From positions 1 to 50,447 of IMG/VR virus record IMGVR_UViG_3300020045_006640: a stretch of 50,447 nucleotides of DNA. One strand, 5' to 3'. Below, piece after piece: positions 27,376 through 35,180 of the stretch. Source of the stretch: a virus. Lineage: Duplodnaviria; Caudoviricetes. Numbering within the stretch: the stretch's first letter is position 1; every line of letters begins with the position of its first letter. Both the position numbers and the translations under genes were made by a program. The notes below the pieces were generated by a model, which was not told where the DNA came from, made no database searches, and worked only from the letters and a program-made list of their open reading frames with translations.

Positions 27376-29243
27376 TGGCTCGCAAGCCGTCGCTGAAAAA
27401 ACAGCTTGAAGCACTGGCGGACAATCTAATTCCGGATGTGCGCAAAGCGTTCATTGCGTCAATTCGTGACGTGTCCGAAACCGCAATGCTCGGTGCGATC
27501 ATTGACGCCATTCGTGAAGGCGATCTGGAAAAGGCATTCCGTGCAACTGGATTGAGCCCGGCTGCAATGCGTCCAGTCACGTCGATGATCGAAAGCGCTT
27601 TTGAAAAGGGCGGTGTCACCGTCAGCAATGCATTGCCGAACATCAACAGTTCAGCCGGTCCGACCATTTTCCGGTTCGATGTTCGCAACAGCCGGGCTGA
27701 AGCATGGTTGCGCGATCAGTCATCCGGGCTGGTGACGCGGATCACCGAACAAACCCGTACCAACATTCAAACCATCGTTCAGGCTGGCATGCGTGACGGG
27801 CGCAACCCGCGCAACGTGGCATTGGATATCATCGGACGGGTTGACCCGGCCACGGGGCGGCGTACAGGCGGCATTGTGGGTTTGACCGATGCACAAGCCA
27901 AATGGGTTGCCAACGCCCGGCGCGAACTGTCTGGCGTGCCCGATGCTGCCTATTTCACACGCGAACGCCGTGATCGACGCTTTGATAAGATCGTGCAACG
28001 TGCGATCAATGACGGCAAGCCGCTGGACGCTGGCAAGGTTGATGCGCTGATCGGAAAATACAGCGACAATCTGTTGCAGTTGCGTGGCGAGACAATCGCA
28101 CGGACTGAAATGCTTCAGGCGCTCGCAAAGTCGCAGGATGAAGCGATCAGACAAGCCATCGACACAGGCACCGTCAATCCGCAACACGTCACAAAGAAAT
28201 GGGATGCAACGGGCGACAAGCGCACACGCGCAAGTCATGCAGCAATGGATGGCCAATCCGTCAAAATGGATGAAGCGTTCACAACGCCCGATGGTGCAAA
28301 ACTGCTGATCCCCGGTGATAGTTCGCTAGGTGCGCCCGCGTCCGAAATCATCAACTGCCGCTGCCGTGTCGATTATGACATTGATTTTCTGGCAGGGCTG
28401 GAAAACGAATTCACGCCCGCACCACCACCAGCACCACCAGTGCCGCCCGCGCCACCAGCACCCAGGCCAGCGCCAACCCCGCAACTGCCGCCCGTGCCAA
28501 GGCTTCCCGATCCGGAACAAACACCTGAACCCGGATTTGCATATGAGAATTTCACGCCATTAAAATCGGTTCCTGAAGCCGTGCAATGGATGAAAGCTAA
28601 CATTGCAGACGCGGTTGAGTTGACCAAAGGTGCCGATCTGGACGGATTGAATGCGATTGCCCAGGCAACGCTAGAAGTCAGCGAGCGTTTCGATCTGCCC
28701 AAAGTGAAATTCATCGGTGATCCGACCAAGGACACACGCGCAAAATGGCGGTTCCCCGCGCGTGCGCAAGCTGCCTACGGTGCAAGTCTTGACGGTTTTC
28801 TGTTCAAAAATCTTGCAACGGACAACGCGAAATTGCTTGAAGCTGGCGTGTACGGAAACAGCCCGGCTTACGGTGCGAAAGAACTGGAAATTGCACGAAA
28901 GGTTATCGAGCAATCAAAGTTCATTGACCCTGAAGTCAGGGAACGGATCAAGCGGCGTGACGGCTTGCAATGGGGCGTGTCAACCGGTTCCCGCAACGTG
29001 ACATATCACGAAATGGGACACCGGTTCGATGCGTTCAATTTCCAAGAACTGAAAATGCGTTCGCCGTCCAAAATGAGCGGTTGGCACTATCTGATCGGAA
29101 AGTACGCATATACGAACGCTGCTGAATATATCGCTGAAGCCTTCAGCCTTTATATGCAGGGCAATGAAGCTGAATACTATCGGATTTATCCACCAATGCT
29201 GAAATTCTTCAAGGAAAAGGATCGCAAAAATGCCCGCAATTGA
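27375..29243 (+). CDS. MuF-like head morphogenesis protein fused to a zincin metallopeptidase domain
   Basis: RGETIARTE, KKWDATGDKRTRASH, PGD..LGAPASEIINCRC; Pro linker; HEMGH ... YAYTNAAEYIAEAF. Confidence 0.85.
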   Translation: MARKPSLKKQLEALADNLIPDVRKAFIASIRDVSETAMLGAIIDAIREGDLEKAFRATGLSPAAMRPVTSMIESAFEKGGVTVSNALPNINSSAGPTIFRFDVRNSRAEAWLRDQSSGLVTRITEQTRTNIQTIVQAGMRDGRNPRNVALDIIGRVDPATGRRTGGIVGLTDAQAKWVANARRELSGVPDAAYFTRERRDRRFDKIVQRAINDGKPLDAGKVDALIGKYSDNLLQLRGETIARTEMLQALAKSQDEAIRQAIDTGTVNPQHVTKKWDATGDKRTRASHAAMDGQSVKMDEAFTTPDGAKLLIPGDSSLGAPASEIINCRCRVDYDIDFLAGLENEFTPAPPPAPPVPPAPPAPRPAPTPQLPPVPRLPDPEQTPEPGFAYENFTPLKSVPEAVQWMKANIADAVELTKGADLDGLNAIAQATLEVSERFDLPKVKFIGDPTKDTRAKWRFPARAQAAYGASLDGFLFKNLATDNAKLLEAGVYGNSPAYGAKELEIARKVIEQSKFIDPEVRERIKRRDGLQWGVSTGSRNVTYHEMGHRFDAFNFQELKMRSPSKMSGWHYLIGKYAYTNAAEYIAEAFSLYMQGNEAEYYRIYPPMLKFFKEKDRKNARN

Positions 29244-29388
29244 TCGCGCCCAAGAACTGTTGAACACTGTGCCGTTACCAGACGATGTTGAAGCGCAATT
29301 GGAAGCGCTTGAAGATGAAGCGACCGATGATGAAAAGCCGCTGTTTGCAGGGCTTTGGGAAGCGCTGTTTGCTTTGCAGAACAGCTAG
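29230..29388 (+). CDS. Small acidic protein (52 aa), candidate immunity/partner of the MuF peptidase
   Basis: Not in the track; overlaps the MuF 3' end; MPAIDRAQELLNTVPLPDDVEAQLEALEDEATDDEKPLFAGLWEALFALQNS. Confidence 0.55.
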   Translation: MPAIDRAQELLNTVPLPDDVEAQLEALEDEATDDEKPLFAGLWEALFALQNS

Positions 29389-29594
29389 GATTTAACAAGA
29401 ACGGGTTGGTATTTCAGCCCGTTCCAAATCCAAAGGTTTGACCAAGCCGGTTCACCGTCAATCGAGCGTGCGGCTTGGCGCAAAGCGTCTGCGTTGTCCG
29501 TTGCGCCGATCATAACCCAACCATAGGCACCGTTAAAATATCGATAGCTGATCAAGCCGGGCGCCGCCAACGGGCGTTCGCTGTGATGTGTCAT
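29385..29594 (-). CDS. Hypothetical protein (cassette 4)
   Basis: TTTGGAG RBS. Confidence 0.65.
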   Translation of the reverse strand: MTHHSERPLAAPGLISYRYFNGAYGWVMIGATDNADALRQAARSIDGEPAWSNLWIWNGLKYQPVLVKS

Positions 29595-29612
29595 GGTGAT
29601 TGCTCCAAATGG

Positions 29613-29639
29613 TTAAGCCCGGAGCGATCCGGGCTTTTT
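29613..29639 (+). terminator. Repeated terminator family copy
   Basis: TTAAGCCCGGagcgatCCGGGCTTTTT. Confidence 0.75.
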
Positions 29640-29641
29640 GC

Positions 29642-29869
29642 TTACATTTCCGAACGCAACGCTTTGTCGGCTTCAGCCAGGGTGTCATGCGATCCGCAAT
29701 AAAAGCCGTTGCGCATGACAGCGGTGAACATGTGAACTTCACCGACAACCTTGTACGTGAACACCTGACCAAAGGGAACGCCGTTCAGGTCATAGTTCCA
29801 ATCGATGCGGGGCGAACCCTTGCGCTTGTTCTTGGTGATCGTGATTTCCTGAACTTCAACGTACTGCAT
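29642..29869 (-). CDS. Hypothetical protein (cassette 4)
   Basis: CCGGAGA RBS directly after P4. Confidence 0.65.
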   Translation of the reverse strand: MQYVEVQEITITKNKRKGSPRIDWNYDLNGVPFGQVFTYKVVGEVHMFTAVMRNGFYCGSHDTLAEADKALRSEM

Positions 29870-29895
29870 TTGATTTCTCCGGGTTGGTGAAATTA

Positions 29896-29924
29896 CATAT
29901 ACAACCCGTTGCGGATCATTGCAA
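29896..29924 (-). promoter_or_regulatory. Repeated promoter P4
   Basis: TTGCAA-tgatccgcaacgggttg-TATATG. Confidence 0.75.
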
Positions 29925-29928
29925 GCGG

Positions 29929-31080
29929 TTATTTCAGATCAATCGGCAAATTTTCCGGAACGATCAACGGAAACAGCGAGCGAACCCGATCTTTGAACGT
30001 GTCGCCTGTGACGCGCTCTTGGTCATCTAAATGTAATTTGGGAATATAGTATGATCCTGGCGGCATGTCATCCGGATCGAATGCGTCCAACGGCGTGCCC
30101 ATATATGACCAAAACGTGCGCAGCCGGGTTTCAACCGCATTCACCGCAAAACAGAAGCGACGAAACATTGACGGGTGCCCAAGAGCGAACGCGACGTTTT
30201 CGATGTTCAGCGGTTCGCCAGCTTCCTTGATCTGCACAGCAATTTGCGAACCCAAACCCTTTCGGGATTTCGACATGCAAACACCGACGATTTCGCAACT
30301 GTAACCGTTGCTCGCCAAAACATCCGCCATTGCAGCAACAGCAGCCGCGCGGATGATTGCGTTTTCGGCTGTGATCCCTGAACTCATGAACAGTTCAACA
30401 AATAGGGTGATGACCTTGCGCCCATCCTGGCGCGGACGGCTGACCATATGCAGCGGGTTACCGCTCAGCATCCGACCGACATTCACACGCCCGCCCGCTA
30501 CGGCAAAGCGGCGCACACGCTGCGTTGCATGATCACCGCTGATAATGTCGCTCGCTTCAAGAGCAAGCGCTGTGCCCTTGTGCCAGCCGTTCCGCGCTAG
30601 GTCTAGCGCCGCGCCCATGCTTGGCGATCCGGACCATTCCAGCTTGCTCCTATCCCAACCGACATTACGCCCATCGGCTCGATCCGTGCTGATGGATGCA
30701 GGGATATTTTCGACAAATTCGATCAAGTCCGGAAACGACCGAAAACCCGCAAACATGGGCGGGTTCTTTGGCGCGAATGCGTTTAGATATGTAATATCAT
30801 TACCATGAACTGACGGTTCCCCGCTGCCGTGCTGAACCGGTTCGGTTTCACGCTTGGGCGAATTAATCAGCCGATCCCAAAAGTCATCATCAACCGGATC
30901 GGGCTTGTCAGCCTTGGGCTGTGCTGGCGTGTTGCTGATCACCAGCCCTGGCTTACCGCGCCAACGTTCAACATTCGTGCCGTCGCGGAATTCCCAAGCT
31001 TTCAGATCGCCATTCCATTTGCCGCCAAAGTCTTTCAGTTCATCTTTGACGGAAAATGTGTTGCCGCTGATCCGGATCAT
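29929..31080 (-). CDS. VWA/CobT-like partner of a MoxR-type ATPase
   Basis: VAGGRVNVGRMLSGNP..M, VITLFVE..MSSG, FALGHPSMFRR; N-terminal GNTF.VKDELK..GGKW domain. Confidence 0.7.
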   Translation of the reverse strand: MIRISGNTFSVKDELKDFGGKWNGDLKAWEFRDGTNVERWRGKPGLVISNTPAQPKADKPDPVDDDFWDRLINSPKRETEPVQHGSGEPSVHGNDITYLNAFAPKNPPMFAGFRSFPDLIEFVENIPASISTDRADGRNVGWDRSKLEWSGSPSMGAALDLARNGWHKGTALALEASDIISGDHATQRVRRFAVAGGRVNVGRMLSGNPLHMVSRPRQDGRKVITLFVELFMSSGITAENAIIRAAAVAAMADVLASNGYSCEIVGVCMSKSRKGLGSQIAVQIKEAGEPLNIENVAFALGHPSMFRRFCFAVNAVETRLRTFWSYMGTPLDAFDPDDMPPGSYYIPKLHLDDQERVTGDTFKDRVRSLFPLIVPENLPIDLK

Positions 31081-31388
31081 TTCGGACCGGCTTCAGTGAT
31101 TTTTCCGCCACGCTTGCGTTCAAAGCATGTATGCCAAGAACCTTTGCCCGACCATTGTTCAGGGTTCATCGCCTGAACAACAACCCGCCGGGTTTCACCG
31201 ATGCCCATCGGCTTGTCTGCAATGGCACGCGCTTCAGCATATGTTTCCAACGGTTGACCGACATTGTTGCAAGCCCATCCGAACGAACCCGTTTGTGAGG
31301 ACTGCCGATAAGAACGCACAACAAAAGGATAATCAGCCGGAACCCAAATCGGGCGGTTCCATGCGTCAGTTTTAATTTCTTTGGTCAT
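31077..31388 (-). CDS. Hypothetical protein (cassette 5)
   Basis: CCGGAG RBS after P5. Confidence 0.6.
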   Translation of the reverse strand: MTKEIKTDAWNRPIWVPADYPFVVRSYRQSSQTGSFGWACNNVGQPLETYAEARAIADKPMGIGETRRVVVQAMNPEQWSGKGSWHTCFERKRGGKITEAGPK

Positions 31389-31413
31389 GTCAATCACTCC
31401 GGTTGATTGCCAA

Positions 31414-31442
31414 TCCTTACCGACTATTGCGGATCATTGCAA
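31414..31442 (-). promoter_or_regulatory. Repeated promoter P5
   Basis: TTGCAA-tgatccgcaatagtcgg-TAAGGA; overlaps the ATPase stop codon. Confidence 0.6.
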
Positions 31443-32555
31443 GAGCTTTTTTCGATCCGTTGCGGACATTCCTTTCAGCACGTAAATTTCTTCAACGCGG
31501 GTGCGCTTCATGCCGCGCGCCAAAGCTTGCGCACCGTTGACGATTGCGCGCGTGCTGACAACGTGGCGAATGTTCTTTTCTTCAACCGTGCGCCGGGTGT
31601 TGGTTACGTATAGATACCAATCGATATTGCCGCCTGAAAGGTGCGTTTCAAGATTGGCGTCATATCCAACCTCAATCACCGCGAACCGGTCAAGGCTTGC
31701 CGCGTCCAATTCATTGCGACCGATATAAACGCGATCAGCGCCCTTGCCGAACGTGTTGGCAGTGCCGATCATCCTGAAGTCACTATGCCGCTTGACAGGC
31801 TGCGTTGCGTCCGGAAACGTCATGAAACCATTTGCCAGGGCACTATTGACGGACAGCAACGCAGCCGCGTCCCAAGCGTCAAGTTCGTCAGCAACCCAAA
31901 CACCGCCCGACTGAAAAGCATTGCGGAATGGCGTTTCATGATAGGTGCCCATGCCATCGACAAAGCCCAACAATTCGTGAGTGTCGAAAACGGTTGACGT
32001 GATGTAAAACGGCAATCCGAGTGCTTTGGAAACCGCCTCGCCAATCGTGGTCTTTCCGCAACCAGCCGGGCCAACCATCATAACGTGATGGCCCATGCTG
32101 GCAACCTGAATGACTTCCGGTGTCGCTTCATGCTGCAAGCCTTCAAGCACTTGCAAACCATCCGGACGCTGAACATGGATCACCATCGGCGGACCGGGCA
32201 ACTTGGCTTCAGCAATTGCTTGTTCAACAATGTTGGTCAAACGCTGTGCCATGTCGTCATCGTCGCGCGCAACAATGTCGCGAACAAGTCTGCTGACAAG
32301 ATCAACATTGATCGGCGCATATCCGGTTTCATGGATCGCCTTCAGCAGCAAAACCATTGGGTCCGTTGATGGCTTTGCCTTTGGCCCGTACTGGTGATAA
32401 AGGTTGGCTAAAGCCGCGCCGGTTGGCTTGGCATTGGGTTCAATATAACCGGCCAACACTGCCCAGGATCGAACCGTGTTCATGTTGTCATCGGTCAAAA
32501 TGAACTTGTTAGCCGGTCCTAAAACCGCTTCAGCGTTCTTTCGGAAATCGTTCAT
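31434..32555 (-). CDS. MoxR/CbbQ/CobS-like AAA+ ATPase
   Basis: GPAGCGKT, VADELD, TANTFG.G, RNELDAASLDRF. Confidence 0.88.
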   Translation of the reverse strand: MNDFRKNAEAVLGPANKFILTDDNMNTVRSWAVLAGYIEPNAKPTGAALANLYHQYGPKAKPSTDPMVLLLKAIHETGYAPINVDLVSRLVRDIVARDDDDMAQRLTNIVEQAIAEAKLPGPPMVIHVQRPDGLQVLEGLQHEATPEVIQVASMGHHVMMVGPAGCGKTTIGEAVSKALGLPFYITSTVFDTHELLGFVDGMGTYHETPFRNAFQSGGVWVADELDAWDAAALLSVNSALANGFMTFPDATQPVKRHSDFRMIGTANTFGKGADRVYIGRNELDAASLDRFAVIEVGYDANLETHLSGGNIDWYLYVTNTRRTVEEKNIRHVVSTRAIVNGAQALARGMKRTRVEEIYVLKGMSATDRKKLLQ

Positions 32556-32613
32556 TGCGGATTGTCTCACGTGTCAGCATCGAAGCGTGCTGAAGATTGC
32601 AGGTTTCTAGCAT

Positions 32614-33039
32614 ATGGGAAAGTTCACTGCAACAGTTGAAAGTTGGGCGGCACGTTCCGAAAAAGCGTTGGGCGCGATCCGGAATGAAAGCGTCAAACGT
32701 GTTATTCAGAAAGCGCAATTGTCGGATGATAAGGGCGGACGCATGCGGGTTGACACAGGGTTTTTGCGATCATCCGGGCAACTCTCGCTGAACGGAATGC
32801 CAACGGGTCCGATCCGTGGCGATGAAAATGCGGCACCCAATCAATACAATTACAATGCGTCACCGGTTGTGCTGATCCTGGCGGGTGCAAAGCTTGACAG
32901 CACGTTGTTTTTCGGATGGACAGCGAACTATGCAGCGTATCGCGAATTTCATGATGGATTTTTGCGGCTCGCTGTTCAGCTATGGCCGAACATTGTCAAT
33001 GACGTGACGGCAGAAATCAAAAGGCGCTATAAATTATGA
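32614..33039 (+). CDS. Neck/tail completion protein (HK97 gp10-like)
   Basis: MRVDTGFLRSS, WTANYA. Confidence 0.75.
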   Translation: MGKFTATVESWAARSEKALGAIRNESVKRVIQKAQLSDDKGGRMRVDTGFLRSSGQLSLNGMPTGPIRGDENAAPNQYNYNASPVVLILAGAKLDSTLFFGWTANYAAYREFHDGFLRLAVQLWPNIVNDVTAEIKRRYKL

Positions 33040-33443
33040 GTATTGAAACAGACGTTGCGGACGCACTTGCGAACCAAGCAATTCTGATTGCGGGTGTGAT
33101 TGGGCTTCCGATCAGCATGCCGAACGTTCCGTTTGAACCGCCAGCCGGTAAATGGCTTGAAGTGCGGCACTTCCGGAACACCAACCTGAACCCGACTTGG
33201 GGCGAAGAAGGTGTGTTGCTTGGCGTGTATCAGGTCAGTGTCATCGATCCTGAACAGGCGGGTGAAATTGCTGCAACGGCCATCGCGTCCCAGGTCATCG
33301 ACGCTTTCCACAAAAATACAACGCTGTATAGCGGTTCAGCGCGTGTCATGGTATATGAAAACCCAACGCTCTTGACAACGGTGCAAGACGCTCACAAGAG
33401 CATTTACCCGGTGTCAATTTCGTATCGCTGCGACAAAGCCTGA
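33036..33443 (+). CDS. Tail terminator-like protein
   Basis: PNVPFEPP...WL, G.YQVSV, PVSISY; precedes tail tube. Confidence 0.75.
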   Translation: MSIETDVADALANQAILIAGVIGLPISMPNVPFEPPAGKWLEVRHFRNTNLNPTWGEEGVLLGVYQVSVIDPEQAGEIAATAIASQVIDAFHKNTTLYSGSARVMVYENPTLLTTVQDAHKSIYPVSISYRCDKA

Positions 33444-33455
33444 AAGGCACAAATC

Positions 33456-33995
33456 ATGAAGAAAATGGCTCTTTTGACCGCTGCCCTTTCGGGCTCAACC
33501 GTCACCCTGGCAACGCCGTTTGCCGACACCAATTCCGGGCGCAAGTTCTATGTTTGCGCCACCGTGCAGCCAACCGATCTGATCGCCAGCGCCTTTGCGG
33601 CCCTGACTTGGGTTGAAGTGAAGGGTGTCGGCAATCTCGGTGAAACCGGCAACAATCAGAACATCCTGACCTATGACGAATGGGCAACCGATGTTGTCCA
33701 GAAGGGCAAGGGCAACACTGACGCCGGTTCGCCCGAACTGGAATGCCGCCGCATCCCGACCGATCCGGGCCAAATTCTCATGCGTTCGCTTGCGCTGTTG
33801 CCCGGCAACTACGCATTCAAGACTGAAGCCAACAACGCACCGGAACCGGGCGGCACCGGAACGATCAAGTACAATCGCGGCATTGTCACCGGTCCGCGCA
33901 ATCCGAACGGACGCGGTGAAGATTTCGAGCTAGATATCTTCACGCTCGGTCTTAACCAGCGTCAGATCACGGTTGAACCGACCGAAGCGCCCTAA
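33456..33995 (+). CDS. Major tail tube protein
   Basis: W.EV.GVGNLGE.G, KGKG..DAGS, DPGQ; position and codon bias. Confidence 0.82.
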   Translation: MKKMALLTAALSGSTVTLATPFADTNSGRKFYVCATVQPTDLIASAFAALTWVEVKGVGNLGETGNNQNILTYDEWATDVVQKGKGNTDAGSPELECRRIPTDPGQILMRSLALLPGNYAFKTEANNAPEPGGTGTIKYNRGIVTGPRNPNGRGEDFELDIFTLGLNQRQITVEPTEAP

Positions 33996-34014
33996 TTCGC
34001 ACCGTCAGAAACGA

Positions 34015-34041
34015 TTAAGCCCGGATCACTCCGGGCTTTTT
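34015..34041 (+). terminator. Repeated terminator family copy
   Basis: TTAAGCCCGGatcactCCGGGCTTTTT. Confidence 0.8.
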
Positions 34042-34044
34042 CTT

Positions 34045-34242
34045 TTAGTGGCCGCTCAACCGCATTGTTGCAACTTTGTGATCCAGTCGCCCGCCGTGTG
34101 TGCTGGCATATGAAGCCTTGACCGCTTCAGCTTCAGTCGAATAATCAGCAACAAAGCTTTCAGTTGCATACGTCGAAACACGAAACCAGATTGCAGGATA
34201 GTCAGCGGGGATGTTGCCGATTGCGTTAAGCTGAAGTTTCAT
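34045..34242 (-). CDS. Hypothetical protein (cassette 6)
   Basis: CCGGAGA RBS after P6. Confidence 0.65.
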   Translation of the reverse strand: MKLQLNAIGNIPADYPAIWFRVSTYATESFVADYSTEAEAVKASYASTHGGRLDHKVATMRLSGH

Positions 34243-34270
34243 TTTCGATGTTCTCCGGTTTGGTTCAATA

Positions 34271-34299
34271 CATATACAGCCCGTTGCGGATCATTGCAA
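34271..34299 (-). promoter_or_regulatory. Repeated promoter P6
   Basis: TTGCAA-tgatccgcaacgggctg-TATATG. Confidence 0.75.
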
Positions 34300-34371
34300 C
34301 CCCTTTTTGCATTGACCGCATAAATTATTTTTCGTAACCATGACGCGCCATCTAAACAAGGAAATCCGCAA

Positions 34372-34791
34372 ATGACGAAACCCGCAACCGGCTTTGATCT
34401 TTCGACGCTGACCAATGAGCGCAAGCCGCACGAACTGGAATTGCTGCACCCTGGCACCAAGCGCGGCCTTGGCGTTTTTCTGACGCTGATCAGCGTCAAT
34501 GAACCCGGTCCGAAAAAGGTCACAGCCAAGATCAACACGCTGGCTGGCAAGCTTGCCCGGAAAAATCAGGGCTTCAATTCGGAACAGTTGCGTGAAAACG
34601 CGATTGAAATCCTGACCGCATGCACAACCGGCTGGCGTTGGGGCGACGATGCGGACGGCAACCCCGCAACTTGGGCTGGTGAACAGCTTGCATTCACCCC
34701 GGCCAATCTGCGAAAAGTTCTGATCATCGATGAACTGCGTGATCAGGTTGATCAGGAAGTTGCTGACAACAGCAATTTTTTTATGAGCTAA
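34372..34791 (+). CDS. Tail assembly chaperone (gpG-like)
   Basis: FDLS.L...LELLHP, ends NFF; between tail tube and tape measure. Confidence 0.8.
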   Translation: MTKPATGFDLSTLTNERKPHELELLHPGTKRGLGVFLTLISVNEPGPKKVTAKINTLAGKLARKNQGFNSEQLRENAIEILTACTTGWRWGDDADGNPATWAGEQLAFTPANLRKVLIIDELRDQVDQEVADNSNFFMS

Positions 34792-35174
34792 GCGAAGCGT
34801 TATGTGAAGCGATCCGCATCCGGACGCGATACCACACGCCGGATTTTGAAGGAACTACGCGAGCCGAACGCAATGCCAGTGCTGAAGTTGACGTGCCGGA
34901 TTATGAAATTCCGGACGGTGGCGAATATATTTGGGATTGGTTTTGCGATTTGCTCGCGTGGTTCAACGCTGTCAAGGACGGTGCGGCAATCCGTTTGCCG
35001 CCGTCCGAATTGCTCGCTTGGGCAAGGATCACAGGGAACGTTGTAAGCCCTGACGAATATGCTATCTTGCGCGACATGAACGCGGCTTGGGTCGCTGCCA
35101 TGAATGACGAAATTGCTTATTCTCAAACCGTCAAGGCGGAACGTGATGCGGCAGCGGGCAAGAGCAAAGGATAG
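34776..35174 (+). CDS. Tail assembly chaperone gpGT extension via -1 frameshift
   Basis: Slippery T TTT TTT at 34776-34782; the -1 frame stays open through YELSEALC...YIWDWF to 35174. Confidence 0.75.
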   Translation, partial: FFYELSEALCEAIRIRTRYHTPDFEGTTRAERNASAEVDVPDYEIPDGGEYIWDWFCDLLAWFNAVKDGAAIRLPPSELLAWARITGNVVSPDEYAILRDMNAAWVAAMNDEIAYSQTVKAERDAAAGKSKG

Positions 35175-35180
35175 GGTGTC

